Shown here: positions 1 to 10,408 of the stretch, piece by piece
Position numbering within the stretch: the first letter of the stretch is position 1
Layout: each line of letters starts with the position of its first letter
DNA from: an uncultured Bacilli bacterium
GTDB lineage: Bacteria > Bacillota_I > Bacilli_A > RF39 > UBA660
DNA length: 60,499 nucleotides
Reading direction: 5' to 3'
Assembly (NCBI GenBank): GCA_947626035.1
Contig: CANQQR010000001.1
Coordinates: forward strand, 79,096-139,594
Notes under the pieces: model-generated
Told to the model about the DNA's origin: nothing
The model's database searches: none
Seen by the model: only the letters and a program-made list of their open reading frames with translations
Position numbers and translations under genes: made by a program

Positions 1-66
1 AAAGTAGGAGTCACAGAGTTTAAAGATATATGCGCGGGAACTGGGTTAACGATGTATACAGCGGGT
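1..66 (+). CDS. recJ: RecJ-like DHH/DHHA1 ssDNA exonuclease, end of upstream exon (gene starts before window)
   Basis: Frame 1 reads KVGVTEFKDICAGTGLTMYTAG. Joined to 1075 it gives AG|HQGAFG, the DHHA1 GH-x-x-A-x-G motif. Confidence 0.75.
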
Positions 67-1074
67 CAACGGTGGCCCCTAAACATTTTACCGTTTATCA
101 GCGGGGTCATTTAAATAGAAAAAATGTCCAAGTTTGGACATTCTTAATTAAATGGCTAACGAGAAAACCTAAATATATATAGAGAAGATAGATTATATCT
201 ATATATACATGGCAACCTCGTGGGAAGATTTAATACTATTTTCTCTAATACAATAAAATAAAAGGAGAAAATAAAATGGAAAAATATATTTATAAAATTA
301 CCAATAAGATTAATGGTAAGTCTTATATAGGTCAAACAACTGATTATAAGAGAAGATTTTCTGAGCATAAGGCAAAAGGATATAACAATGAAGAAAACAA
401 GCTATTATATTATGCTTTTGATAAGTATGGTATAGATAATTTTACATTTGAAGTGATAGAGGATAAAACACCAAATTATAATGAAAGAGAAAAATATTGG
501 ATTCAATATTATGATTCATATGAAAATGGTTATAATATGACTTTAGGTGGAGAGGAACCTCCTTTAAATATTAAAGAAAATAGTCCTTTTGCAACGCATA
601 CTCAAGAAGATGTAGATAAGGTTATTGATTTATTAATAAATACAACTATACAAATGAAAGATATAGCAGTATTAACTAATTATGATTATTCAACTATTAA
701 GAGAATTAATAGTGGTAAATTATGGCATAATGAAAAATTAGCTTATCCACTTCGTAAAGAAACAAGTAGAGAATATCAAAAAGAAAGAGCATTAAATATA
801 ATTCATGACCTTATGTATACTGATTTATCTCAATATAAAATTGCTGAAAAATATGGGTGCGCAAGAAGTACGGTAACAGCAATTAATTCTGGGAAAAATA
901 ATAGACAAGAAAATATAAAATATCCAATTAGAAAATAGTATTAAATAACCTGTATCGACTATCCTGGGTTAGACTAGGAGTACTGGAACTATTGATACGT
1001 TCTGGGAAAAAGTGTTCTTATAACCATGTTATAAGTAAAAAATAGTCAGAGCCAATGGAAACATTGGATTTTCG
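67..1074 (+). mobile_element. Group I intron in recJ-like gene
   Basis: Exon ends GGGU, which pairs with GCCC (P1 with U.G). P7 halves GACTA (~957) and TAGTC (~1043); terminal G at 1074. Removal restores the frame into the 1156 ORF. Confidence 0.85.
276..938 (+). CDS. Intron-encoded GIY-YIG homing endonuclease
   Basis: YIYKITNKINGKSYIGQT motif, ERE-x-YWI, GYN; C-terminal HTH-like repeats. Confidence 0.9.
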   Translation: MEKYIYKITNKINGKSYIGQTTDYKRRFSEHKAKGYNNEENKLLYYAFDKYGIDNFTFEVIEDKTPNYNEREKYWIQYYDSYENGYNMTLGGEEPPLNIKENSPFATHTQEDVDKVIDLLINTTIQMKDIAVLTNYDYSTIKRINSGKLWHNEKLAYPLRKETSREYQKERALNIIHDLMYTDLSQYKIAEKYGCARSTVTAINSGKNNRQENIKYPIRK

Positions 1075-1548
1075 CACCAAGGCGCTTTTGGGCTCGCTCT
1101 CCGCGCTCAAGACATTCCCGCATTCATTCAAAAAACTAATGAAGCTTTAAAAGATATGTCGGATGAAGCATTATATTATGTTGACTATATTTATGATGGA
1201 GTTAATGTAAATGCTGAAAACATTCTCGACATGGCAGATATGGATTCTTATATAGGCAAAGATATTGATGAACCAAAGATTGCTATTCATAATCTTAAGG
1301 TCACTAAAGATATGGTAACTCTTATGTCTCCTGATAAAGCTCCAACGCTTAAAATTATTTTGCCTAACAAAGTAGCTCTTATCAAATTTGGGTCAAGCCA
1401 AGAAGAATATGATAAACTAGCTACTGATGGATACGTCACTCTTGATATGGTAGGGTCGTGCAACAGAAACGAATATAATGGATGGGTGACGCCGCAAATT
1501 TTTATGGAGGACTATGAGATTGTTAACTCTTGTAAGTATTATTTTTGA
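1075..1548 (+). CDS. recJ: RecJ-like exonuclease, final exon (DHHA1 end plus OB-like C-terminus)
   Basis: HQGAFGLAL... is in frame with the listed 1156 ORF; ends with N-E-Y-N-G...PQIFMEDY, as in RecJ C-termini. Confidence 0.75.
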   Translation, partial: HQGAFGLALRAQDIPAFIQKTNEALKDMSDEALYYVDYIYDGVNVNAENILDMADMDSYIGKDIDEPKIAIHNLKVTKDMVTLMSPDKAPTLKIILPNKVALIKFGSSQEEYDKLATDGYVTLDMVGSCNRNEYNGWVTPQIFMEDYEIVNSCKYYF

Positions 1549-1577
1549 TTGACTTTTTATATAAATTATGATATAAT
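1549..1577 (+). promoter_or_regulatory. Sigma-A/70 promoter with extended -10
   Basis: TTGACT-N17-TATAAT with TG at the extended -10 position. Confidence 0.8.
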
Positions 1578-1600
1578 AGTTTATATGAAAAGGAGAAGAT

Positions 1601-1918
1601 ATGTATAAAGGAAAAGCAGACTTAAATGCGGTAACGCACTTGCAGAATGGAGAAGAGTGCATACTGGTTGGCTACGGTCAATCTATGATGCCTATTATTA
1701 GATCTGGTCAATCAGTAAAAGTCACTCCAATGACTGAAGAAGTTACCTTAGAGAAAGATGATATAGTGTTTTGTAAAGTAAATAGGCATTTTTATATACA
1801 TAAAATATCTGCTATTAAAAATAATAATAACTCATATCAAATATCTAATAATCATGGTCATATTAATGGTTGGATTAGTAGAAAGCAAATATATGGAAAG
1901 GTAATTGAGATACTATAA
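1601..1918 (+). CDS. S24/S26 peptidase-like protein
   Basis: GQSMMP serine motif, DIVF and IHKI. Confidence 0.6.
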   Translation: MYKGKADLNAVTHLQNGEECILVGYGQSMMPIIRSGQSVKVTPMTEEVTLEKDDIVFCKVNRHFYIHKISAIKNNNNSYQISNNHGHINGWISRKQIYGKVIEIL

Positions 1919-3102
1919 TGATACTAACTAATAAACAAGAGCAAGGATTAAATATTGTATTAGATAAATATAGAAATAAAGAAAAATATGCAATTATTAG
2001 TGGGTATGCGGGTAGCGGTAAGTCAACGCTTATTAAATTCATTATATCAGCTCTACTGCAAGAGCCAGGAGTAAAAGAAACCGATATAGTTTTTGCTACA
2101 TATACAGGTAAAGCCGCACAGGTTTTGATTAATAAAGGAAATAAACCAGCTATGACATTACATAAGTTGCTTTATGACTCTTTTCCAAAACCTGACGGTT
2201 CTTTTCTGCGTAAACCAAAGATAATGCTTGAATATAAGATTATAGTAGTTGATGAAATTTCGATGGCGCCTAAGACCTTGATGGATTTGTTATTGAGCCA
2301 CAACGTATTCGTCATAGGTCTTGGTGATCCTGCGCAGCTCCCGCCTATAGAAGAAAAAGAGGACAACCATTTGCTTGATAGGCCTGACATTTTTCTTGAC
2401 GAGATTATGCGGCAGGCGCAAGAGTCAGAAATCATACAGCTAACAATGAAAGTTAGAGCTGGAGAAGCTGTTCCCTATGGCTGCGGTAAAGAAGTGCAGG
2501 TATTAAGTCAAAGAGATTTAATCCCAGATATGAAGTTGTGGGCAGATCAAATTTTAGTAGCAACCAATAAAGCAAGAGATAGAGTGAATCAAGAAATGCG
2601 GGCACTGCTTAATAAGACAGAACCGATGCCTATGGAAGGCGATAAGGTTATTTGTGTGCGTAATTATTGGGATACAGTTTCTAATAATGAAAATAGTCTT
2701 ATCAATGGCACCATTGGCTACCTTAATCATAATTTTCAATCTAAGTATCCACTTCCGCGATGGACAGGTGGCGGTAATATAGATGTCACAATTTCTAATT
2801 TTAAGACAGACGCAGACGATGAATTTTCTAATCTTGAAATGGATACAAAGATGATCCTTACTGGAGAAAAGTGCGTAGATAAAAAGACCGAGTACAGATT
2901 ACACGCTAATCCAAAGACTAGAGCAATAGTGCCTTTGGAATTTGCATATGGTTACGCAATCACATTTTGGAAGGCGCAAGGTAGCGAGTGGGATAAAGTG
3001 CTTGTTCTTGAAGAGAGTTATCCTTGGGATAAAGAGTTGCATCGACGAGCTATATATACTGCCTTAACAAGAAGTAGTAAAAAAGTAGTTTGGATTCGAT
3101 AG
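1918..3102 (+). CDS. SF1B helicase (Dda/RecD-like)
   Basis: Walker A GYAGSGKS, VVDEISM, GDPAQLPP, KAQGSEW, YTALTR. Confidence 0.9.
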   Translation: MILTNKQEQGLNIVLDKYRNKEKYAIISGYAGSGKSTLIKFIISALLQEPGVKETDIVFATYTGKAAQVLINKGNKPAMTLHKLLYDSFPKPDGSFLRKPKIMLEYKIIVVDEISMAPKTLMDLLLSHNVFVIGLGDPAQLPPIEEKEDNHLLDRPDIFLDEIMRQAQESEIIQLTMKVRAGEAVPYGCGKEVQVLSQRDLIPDMKLWADQILVATNKARDRVNQEMRALLNKTEPMPMEGDKVICVRNYWDTVSNNENSLINGTIGYLNHNFQSKYPLPRWTGGGNIDVTISNFKTDADDEFSNLEMDTKMILTGEKCVDKKTEYRLHANPKTRAIVPLEFAYGYAITFWKAQGSEWDKVLVLEESYPWDKELHRRAIYTALTRSSKKVVWIR

Positions 3103-3111
3103 GAGTTAGAT

Positions 3112-3252
3112 ATGGTACTTCGAACTAGCTATTATTATCAAATACGTAACTTTAAGAGGAATATGATTCCGGTCTCTACAGCAATAGAAAATTGTTGCTC
3201 GTTGGCTCTATACAGCTTGCACTCGCGCGGCACAAAAGCTAGTTTTAATTAG
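3112..3252 (+). pseudogene. Truncated duplicate 5' end of the 4267-4746 gene
   Basis: MVLRTSYYYQIRNFKRNMIPVSTAI... with AGGAG RBS. Matches 19 of 20 residues of the 4267 ORF N-terminus, then diverges and stops. Confidence 0.75.
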
Positions 3253-3358
3253 ATAAGGAGATTTAATAAAATATGCTACCAAAAAACGCTGCCAAAAATG
3301 TTTAATTTACTATTTATAAAATTTATATATATTATAAAATAGTAAAGGAGAATTTAAT

Positions 3359-4270
3359 ATGGCAAAAGTCACAGATCTTACGGGTCAAACTTTTGGTAAA
3401 TTGACCGTAATATGCAGAGATATAGAAACTCAAAAGAAAAATAATAGTCCAAGAACTTATTGGCGGTGTCAATGTGAATGTGGAAAAATTGTTAGTGTTT
3501 GTCGCAACCATTTAATAAGTGGTCATACTAAATCGTGCGGATGTCAGAGGGGTAGAAAAGCTGAGGATTTAACAAATAAAATATTCTCTTATTTAACTGT
3601 TATTGAAAAATCTAATAGAACTGATGACTATGGTAAAGTTTTTTGGAAATGTAAATGTGTTTGTGGTAAAATTATAGAAGTATCAACTGCCGAGTTAAAT
3701 AGTGGTCATACGAAGTCGTGTGGATGTCAAAAAGGTAGAAAAATCGAAGATTTGGTAGGGCAAAAATTTAATAAATTAACAGTAATACAAAAAATTGAAA
3801 ATAAAAAGCAAGCAGGACATACTTTATGGTTATGTAAATGTGATTGTGGAAAAGAGGTTGAAGTTGCTGGTATACATTTAAAAAGTGGTCATACTGCAAG
3901 TTGTGGTTGTATATCTTCTTCTTTAGGAGAAGAACATATAGAGCAATTTTTAATTCAAAATCAAATTAAATATATTAAGGATAAACCTTATTTTAAAGAT
4001 TTAATACTGCCTTCTGGATATATAGGTAGATATGATTTTATATTACTAGATAGGCAAGATAAACCATATACAATTATAGAATTTGATGGGTTACAACACA
4101 CAAAAGAATGGGATCTTAGTAATACAACGTTGCAAGAAAGACAATTATATGATAATATAAAAAATGAATATGCAATAAATCATAAAATTCCGTTATATAG
4201 GATTCCATATTCTCAAAGAGATAATATTTGTTTTGAAACATTATTTAATAAGGAGTATTTAATTGAGTGA
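3359..4270 (+). CDS. Free-standing homing endonuclease (zinc-ribbon repeats plus Vsr/DUF559-like nuclease domain)
   Basis: Three W-x-C-x-C-x-CG...SGHTxSCGC repeats; C-terminal RYDF...IEFDGLQH. Confidence 0.8.
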   Translation: MAKVTDLTGQTFGKLTVICRDIETQKKNNSPRTYWRCQCECGKIVSVCRNHLISGHTKSCGCQRGRKAEDLTNKIFSYLTVIEKSNRTDDYGKVFWKCKCVCGKIIEVSTAELNSGHTKSCGCQKGRKIEDLVGQKFNKLTVIQKIENKKQAGHTLWLCKCDCGKEVEVAGIHLKSGHTASCGCISSSLGEEHIEQFLIQNQIKYIKDKPYFKDLILPSGYIGRYDFILLDRQDKPYTIIEFDGLQHTKEWDLSNTTLQERQLYDNIKNEYAINHKIPLYRIPYSQRDNICFETLFNKEYLIE

Positions 4271-4746
4271 AAATAAGAACGTCTTACTACTATCAAATTC
4301 GCAACTTTAAACGTAACTATATTCCAGTGTCAACCACCCAAACAGATCCTTTGTGGTTCCATGACTTCACTGGGGATTATAACTATATCTTCAAAGACAA
4401 GAGAGGAATAGTGAATGGTATCAGATGTCTACCTATAATAAAATGCGGGAAGGCCGCTCAAGGCTGTAAAGGTCCAGACCTATGTCAGTATACACCGGCG
4501 CCCGCGTGTCCTTTTCTGAGTAGCTACCGCGATAATTTAGCACAATTAGATTTTGATACTTTACTAAAAGACTTTTCTTCTCTTGCCTTACAATATCAAA
4601 TACATGAAAATATAGACGATGAAATAACTATTGTATTAATAGTATATGAAACTCCAAAGAATCCATGTAGTGAGCGACAGGCTCTGATAAACTATTTTAC
4701 ATCCAATGGAGTTGAGTGTAAGGAGCTAGAGTATCCTATCTCTTGA
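4267..4746 (+). CDS. Conserved phage protein (DUF488-like)
   Basis: TSYY at the N-terminus and LIVYE-x-P-x-x-x-CSER motif; GTG start overlaps the endonuclease stop codon. Confidence 0.5.
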   Translation: MKIRTSYYYQIRNFKRNYIPVSTTQTDPLWFHDFTGDYNYIFKDKRGIVNGIRCLPIIKCGKAAQGCKGPDLCQYTPAPACPFLSSYRDNLAQLDFDTLLKDFSSLALQYQIHENIDDEITIVLIVYETPKNPCSERQALINYFTSNGVECKELEYPIS

Positions 4747-4771
4747 CTTTCTATTAAAATTATGATATAAT
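4743..4771 (+). promoter_or_regulatory. Sigma-A/70 promoter for dnaE
   Basis: TTGACT-N17-TATAAT with extended TG. Confidence 0.8.
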
Positions 4772-4802
4772 ATATATAGAATAAAGAAATGGAGCAAAGA
4801 AA

Positions 4803-7800
4803 ATGGAAAAAAGAAGCTCGATGTATTCAACTAGGTTCGAGGTTCACAGCCACTCGATGTACTCTAATCTTCGCCTTCTCGACTGCATCAATCGTCCAGA
4901 GGACTTGATTAATAGAGCTATAGAACTCGGTTTAGCAGGTATTTGCATAACTGACCACGAGACGCTTGCGAGTCACGTTAAGGTAAACAAATATGCTCAA
5001 AAGATTCAGCAGGAGTATCCAGATTTTAAAGTAGCATTAGGTAATGAGATTTATCTATGTGAAAATAGAGAGAACGGGCAAAAATATTATCACTTTATTT
5101 TAATTGCAAAAAATAAAGATGGCTATCGAGCTTTAAGAGAGTTATCTTCAAGAGCATGGATGAACTCATATTGGGATCGCGGTATGGAGCGTGTTGTAAC
5201 AACATATGCAGACTTAAGAGAGATAGTGGGTAAGTATCCTGGTACTCTAATAGCAACGACCGCGTGTCTTGGTGGTGAGTTATCATCTCTTACTCTAAAG
5301 TTAATAGAGAGCGAAAGATTAAATGACACTAGTTCGATTCAATTAACACATGATAGAATTGTTAGTTTCATTCAATTTTGTAAAAGTTTGTTTGGAGAAG
5401 ACTTTTACATTGAATGTGCGCCAGGATTAAGTAAAGAACAAATTGCTGTTAATAAGAGATTAGTTTCTATTGCACAATGTTTTAATGTAAAAATGGTGGT
5501 GGGAACTGATGCCCATTATCTTAAAAAAGAAGATAGATTTGTTCATAAAGCATACTTAAACTCAAAAGGCGGAGAAAGGGAAGTCGATGATTTCTATGAG
5601 TATGCTTATTTGCAAACTCAAGACGAAGTTATTGATTATTTGAACCAAAGTATTCCAGATGAAGTAGAGCAAATGTTTGAAAATAGTCTGGAAATTTATA
5701 ATAAAATAGAAAATTATACACTAGCTCACAAACAAACAATACCGCAAGTCGAAGTAAAAGATTATCCTAAAAAAGCTTGGTGGGGCGTGAATAATCCAGA
5801 TGCAGATGAAATGGCGAATTATCCAATATTAAAGTCAATGTTTACATCTGATGATAAGGTTGAAAGATATTGGGTAAACCAATGCTGGGAATCTCTTGAA
5901 GAAAAAATTGGACATTGGAGCGAGCATTTAGATTATGTAGCGAGATTAGAAGAAGAAGCTGACACAAAAAGAGTTATTGGAGAAAAACTGGAAACTAATA
6001 TGTTTAGTTATCCAGTGACACTTCAGCATTATGTAGATTTATTCTGGGAATGTGGGAGTATTGTAGGCGCAGGCCGCGGCTCGAGTTGTTCAGGTCTAAA
6101 TCATTGGCTCCTAGGAGTAACTCAGCTAGATCCGATTAAGTGGAACTTTCCGTGGTTTCGATACATGAATAAAGAACGAGTGGAACTCGGTGATATTGAT
6201 ATTGATCTGAATCCATCGAAGCGTCCAACTATCCTTAAGGCAATTAAAAAGGAACGCGGTCAAAAATTTAAGGATAGTGTTGATGATTTATCTAAGAAAA
6301 ATCTTGGTTGTACATTAATAGCTACATTTGGGACAGAAGGAACTAGGTCAGCAATTTTAACCGCATGCCGCGGTTATAGAAGTGAAGAATATCCAGATGG
6401 CATTGATAGTGATACAGCTCAGTATATGTCATCTTTGATTCCGTCAGAAAGAGGATTTTTATGGCCACTTAATGACGTTGTTAATGGTAATAAGGATAAA
6501 GATAGAAGAGCAATAACTACATTTATTAATGAAGTAAATCAGTATGATGGATTATTAAGTATCATGATGGCTATTGAGGGCCTGGTTAATAAGCGTAGTA
6601 GTCATGCTTCTGGAGTTATTTTATTTGATGAAGATCCATATGAATTTGGATGTTTTATGAAGACTCCAAGTGGCGATATTATTACACAATATGATTTGCA
6701 TGATTGTGAATATGTTGGAATGACTAAGTATGATTTCTTGGTAACTGAAGTTTGTGATAAAATAACTCAGGCTATAAAACTTTTACAAAATGATAATGTA
6801 ATAGAAAAAAATTTATCACTAAGAAAAATATATAATAAATATTTTCATCCAAATATTCTTCCTCTTGACGATCAGGCGGTATGGAAAAACATTCAAAGTG
6901 GTTCTGTATTAAACGTGTTCCAGTTTGATAGTATGGTTGGCGCGCAGGCTGCGAAAAAGATTAAGCCAGTAAATATTCAAGAGTTAACAGACTGTAATGG
7001 CTTGATGAGACTTATGACTGCGGAAAAGGGTGAAGAGTCGCCAATTGATAAATATGTAAGATTTAAAAATAACATTAACTTGTGGTATAATGAAATGCGG
7101 GCGGCCGGTCTTTCCGTGAAAGAACAGGAGTCGTTAAAGCCATATTTCTTGTCTTCATACGGAGTTCCACCATCTCAGGAACAATTAATGTTGATGTTAA
7201 TGGATGAAAAATTATGCGGGTTCACATTAGCAGAAGCAAACGATGCTAGAAAAATTGTTGGAAAGAAGCAGATGTCAAGAATCCCAGAGTTGCAGGATAA
7301 AGTTATAAGTAGAGCTAAGTCAAAAAACCTAGGTCTATACATATGGAAGCACGGTGTGGGGCCGCAAATGGGCTATGCTTTTTCCGTAATACACTCGACC
7401 GCATATAGTATAATCGGGTTCCAGACTGCATATTTAGCAACTCACTGGAATCCCATATATTGGAACACAGCTTGTTTGATTGTAAATAGTGGTTCCCTTG
7501 AAGATGATGATGACGTAGAATATGAAATCATTGAAGATGATGATGGTGAGAAAGTCCAAAAGAAAGAAAAGGGCACTGACTATGCAAAAGTAGCAAAAGC
7601 TTTAGGCGAAATTATCTCTCGTGGTATTAAAGTATCTCTAGTTGACATTAATAAGTCAAGTTATAGTTTTGAACCAGATGTTGCTAATAATCAAATTTTG
7701 TTTGGTATGAAAGCATTAAGTAATGTTGGAACACCAGTAATTGAAATGATTATAGCGAATAGACCATATAATAACTTTAAAGATTTTTTAAATAAATGTC

Positions 7801-8816
7801 CATTAAATAAGTCAGCGATGATTTCGTTGATTAAAGCAGGCGCGTTTGATAATTTAGAGGCGGCTTGGGCAAAAGAATTAAATGTTCATCCAAGATTTTT
7901 AATAATGACTTATTATCTATCTCAGAATTGTGATGCAAAAAAACGATTAACATTACAAAACTTTAATGGTTTAATGCAGAAAGGATTGATTCCTGAATCA
8001 TTAAGTTTCCAGAAAGAAGTTTTTGTATTTAATAAACTTCTTAAGGCAGAGAAAAAAGTTGACAAGTATTATATCTTTGATAAAACGTGCGAAGATTTTT
8101 ACTTAGATAATTTTAATAGTGATAAACTTAGTGTAATAAATGGTATCACTTGTATTCTTCAAACAGACTGGGATAAAATATATAAAGGAGTAATGGATGG
8201 CGCGAGGGAATGGTTAAAAGAGAATCATGATGAGGTATTACATGAGTTTAACCAGGTATTATTCTTAGAGACCTGGAACAAGTATGCTTCTGGCAGCATC
8301 TCCGCGTGGGAAATGGAAAGTTTATGTTTTTATTATAATGAGCATGAGTTAGCGCATATTAATAATCATAAATTTGGTATTAGTAATTATTTTAAAATGC
8401 CAGAACAGCCAGAGGTTGATTATTTCTTTAAAAGAAATGGCAAGGACATTCCAATATATAAAACTTATAAAATTATTGGAACTGTAATAGGTAAGAATGA
8501 TACTCGTTCATCTATTGATATATTAACAACAGAAGGTGTGGTGACAGTTAAGTTTACAAAAGAATATTATGCTATGTATAATAGACAAATCTCGGAAGTT
8601 CAAGAAGATGGTACTAAAAAAGTTAAAGAGCGTGGCTGGTTTACAAGAGGTACTAAAGTAATGGTAACAGGCTTCCGCAGAGAAGATACTTTTGTGGGCA
8701 AAACTTATAGCCGCACAGCATCACATCAATTATATAAAATAACAAATGTAGATAAAAATGGTAATATGACGTTAGTTCATGAGAGATATGGAGTAGAAAG
8801 TAATGGAGAAAAATAA
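4803..8816 (+). CDS. dnaE: DNA polymerase III alpha subunit (C family)
   Basis: PHP domain (HSHSMYS, ITDHE, TDAHY), GAGRGS, DIDID, HASGV, KYDFL; OB-like C-terminus. No intein seen. Confidence 0.95.
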   Translation: MEKRSSMYSTRFEVHSHSMYSNLRLLDCINRPEDLINRAIELGLAGICITDHETLASHVKVNKYAQKIQQEYPDFKVALGNEIYLCENRENGQKYYHFILIAKNKDGYRALRELSSRAWMNSYWDRGMERVVTTYADLREIVGKYPGTLIATTACLGGELSSLTLKLIESERLNDTSSIQLTHDRIVSFIQFCKSLFGEDFYIECAPGLSKEQIAVNKRLVSIAQCFNVKMVVGTDAHYLKKEDRFVHKAYLNSKGGEREVDDFYEYAYLQTQDEVIDYLNQSIPDEVEQMFENSLEIYNKIENYTLAHKQTIPQVEVKDYPKKAWWGVNNPDADEMANYPILKSMFTSDDKVERYWVNQCWESLEEKIGHWSEHLDYVARLEEEADTKRVIGEKLETNMFSYPVTLQHYVDLFWECGSIVGAGRGSSCSGLNHWLLGVTQLDPIKWNFPWFRYMNKERVELGDIDIDLNPSKRPTILKAIKKERGQKFKDSVDDLSKKNLGCTLIATFGTEGTRSAILTACRGYRSEEYPDGIDSDTAQYMSSLIPSERGFLWPLNDVVNGNKDKDRRAITTFINEVNQYDGLLSIMMAIEGLVNKRSSHASGVILFDEDPYEFGCFMKTPSGDIITQYDLHDCEYVGMTKYDFLVTEVCDKITQAIKLLQNDNVIEKNLSLRKIYNKYFHPNILPLDDQAVWKNIQSGSVLNVFQFDSMVGAQAAKKIKPVNIQELTDCNGLMRLMTAEKGEESPIDKYVRFKNNINLWYNEMRAAGLSVKEQESLKPYFLSSYGVPPSQEQLMLMLMDEKLCGFTLAEANDARKIVGKKQMSRIPELQDKVISRAKSKNLGLYIWKHGVGPQMGYAFSVIHSTAYSIIGFQTAYLATHWNPIYWNTACLIVNSGSLEDDDDVEYEIIEDDDGEKVQKKEKGTDYAKVAKALGEIISRGIKVSLVDINKSSYSFEPDVANNQILFGMKALSNVGTPVIEMIIANRPYNNFKDFLNKCPLNKSAMISLIKAGAFDNLEAAWAKELNVHPRFLIMTYYLSQNCDAKKRLTLQNFNGLMQKGLIPESLSFQKEVFVFNKLLKAEKKVDKYYIFDKTCEDFYLDNFNSDKLSVINGITCILQTDWDKIYKGVMDGAREWLKENHDEVLHEFNQVLFLETWNKYASGSISAWEMESLCFYYNEHELAHINNHKFGISNYFKMPEQPEVDYFFKRNGKDIPIYKTYKIIGTVIGKNDTRSSIDILTTEGVVTVKFTKEYYAMYNRQISEVQEDGTKKVKERGWFTRGTKVMVTGFRREDTFVGKTYSRTASHQLYKITNVDKNGNMTLVHERYGVESNGEK

Positions 8817-9378
8817 ACAATATAAAGTTATTGCGTTGTTTGGCAAGAGCGGAGCTGGAAAAGATACCATCCTTAATTGGTTGGTATCTACTATTCCTAA
8901 CGCAAAACGCATTGTTAATCATACTACTAGACCAAAAAGAGAATATGAGATAGACGGAAACCCGTATCACTTCATATCTCACACAGATTTTGCTAACAAA
9001 GTCTTAGACGGTAGTATGATAGAAGCAACAGAATTTAATAATTGGTTTTATGGAACTTCTATTGAAGAATTAAATAGAGATAAAATTAATATTGGCATAT
9101 TTAATATCTATGCTATCCAGTGCTTATTACAAAATAATCAATTAGATGTTTTACCAATATATATTCATTCATATGATAAAACTAGACTTTTAAGAAATTT
9201 AAGTAGAGAGGATAGTCCCAACTGCTATGAAATTTGTAGACGTTTCATAACAGATGAAAAGGACTTTGATGATATAGATTTTGATCATGTGACATATTTA
9301 AATGTTGAGAATAATCCTACAGAATTTAATATAAATAAAATACCAGAAGTTGTAGATTTTCTACGTGGTCAAGACTAG
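8803..9378 (+). CDS. gmk: Guanylate kinase
   Basis: GKSGAGKDT, HTTRPKRxxE, YHF, WFYGT. Confidence 0.9.
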   Translation: MEKNKQYKVIALFGKSGAGKDTILNWLVSTIPNAKRIVNHTTRPKREYEIDGNPYHFISHTDFANKVLDGSMIEATEFNNWFYGTSIEELNRDKINIGIFNIYAIQCLLQNNQLDVLPIYIHSYDKTRLLRNLSREDSPNCYEICRRFITDEKDFDDIDFDHVTYLNVENNPTEFNINKIPEVVDFLRGQD

Positions 9379-9441
9379 ATAATGTTATTAAAATAAATTT
9401 TATATCTATTATAAGATTCTTAATAATAGGAGGATATATTT

Positions 9442-9732
9442 ATGGCAGCTATTTATTCCGCAACTCAATCAATTCCTGTAACAGTCAAGCAGGAATGTGA
9501 GGAATGTAAAATTAAAGATAATATTATCTTATATTCCACTGGTTGTCCAAAATGTAAAGTATTAAAGAAAAAATTAGATAGTGCTAATATTGACTATGAG
9601 TTAATTTCAGATGTTGATATTATGCAAGAGAAAGGTTTTGCATCTACGCCTGTGCTAGAAGTTAATGGTCATTGTATGAGTTTTGTTGAAGCCAATACTT
9701 GGGTAAAGGAACATATTGGTCATGAACGTTAA
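9442..9732 (+). CDS. Glutaredoxin/NrdH-like redoxin
   Basis: YSTGCPKC active site and TPVLEVNG. Confidence 0.8.
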   Translation: MAAIYSATQSIPVTVKQECEECKIKDNIILYSTGCPKCKVLKKKLDSANIDYELISDVDIMQEKGFASTPVLEVNGHCMSFVEANTWVKEHIGHER

Positions 9733-10408
9733 CATAAGACTTGGCAAAAATTTCGTTACTCAATATAACAAACTTCAAGCAGAATTTGGTACAGACATAG
9801 CTCGCATCAATGGCTTTGATGATGATCAGCTTAGTTATACGGACTTTATTGAAAATTTTATTGATAGCTCTGTCGTTGCAGATGCTAGTATAGATGGAAA
9901 TAGCAATGTATCTCATAAAGACATAGTTACCTTACTGAATGAAATGCCGAAGCCCCATAGAAAACTATTGGCTTTTAATAAAATATATTACGAAATTCAA
10001 AAGAAATATGGTTTTAAAGCAGCAAACGAGTGGCTTCGTATGGAGTGGATTGGTCAGCTTTATATGCACGATGCGGATACTTCTACATTTAAACATTATT
10101 GTTTTGCTTATGATTTAAAAGACTTAGCTGAAAAAGGCTTATATTTCATTGGTGGAAACTTTAATGCGAAACCCGCGCAGCACTTAATTACCTTCGTAGA
10201 TTTTGTAAAAGAGTTCATTAGCTACGCTAGCAATAGGTCTTCTGGCGCAGTCGGGCTTCCTAATTTGATCCCATATATGTACTACTTTTGGAAAAAAGAT
10301 GTAGATAATGATTACCTAGGAATTAAGTCTAGTCATCGAGAAATTGAATACGCTAAACAAAATTTTCAGCGGTTTATATATGCAGTGAATCAACCTTATG
10401 TCAGGGAT
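9722..10408 (+). CDS. nrdD: Anaerobic ribonucleotide reductase, exon 1
   Basis: LYMHD, YCFAY, SGAVG. Ends NQPYVRD and joins GSQSAFTN. Confidence 0.9.

Noticed and set aside
3181-4266. Possible fifth group I intron around the 3359 endonuclease
   Set aside because: Only a P1-like hairpin; no P7 pair or terminal G, and the downstream gene has its own complete N-terminus.
4803-8816. Intein in DnaE
   Set aside because: No C/S...HN splice motifs or LAGLIDADG blocks; the acidic stretch near 7500-7560 is a low-complexity loop.
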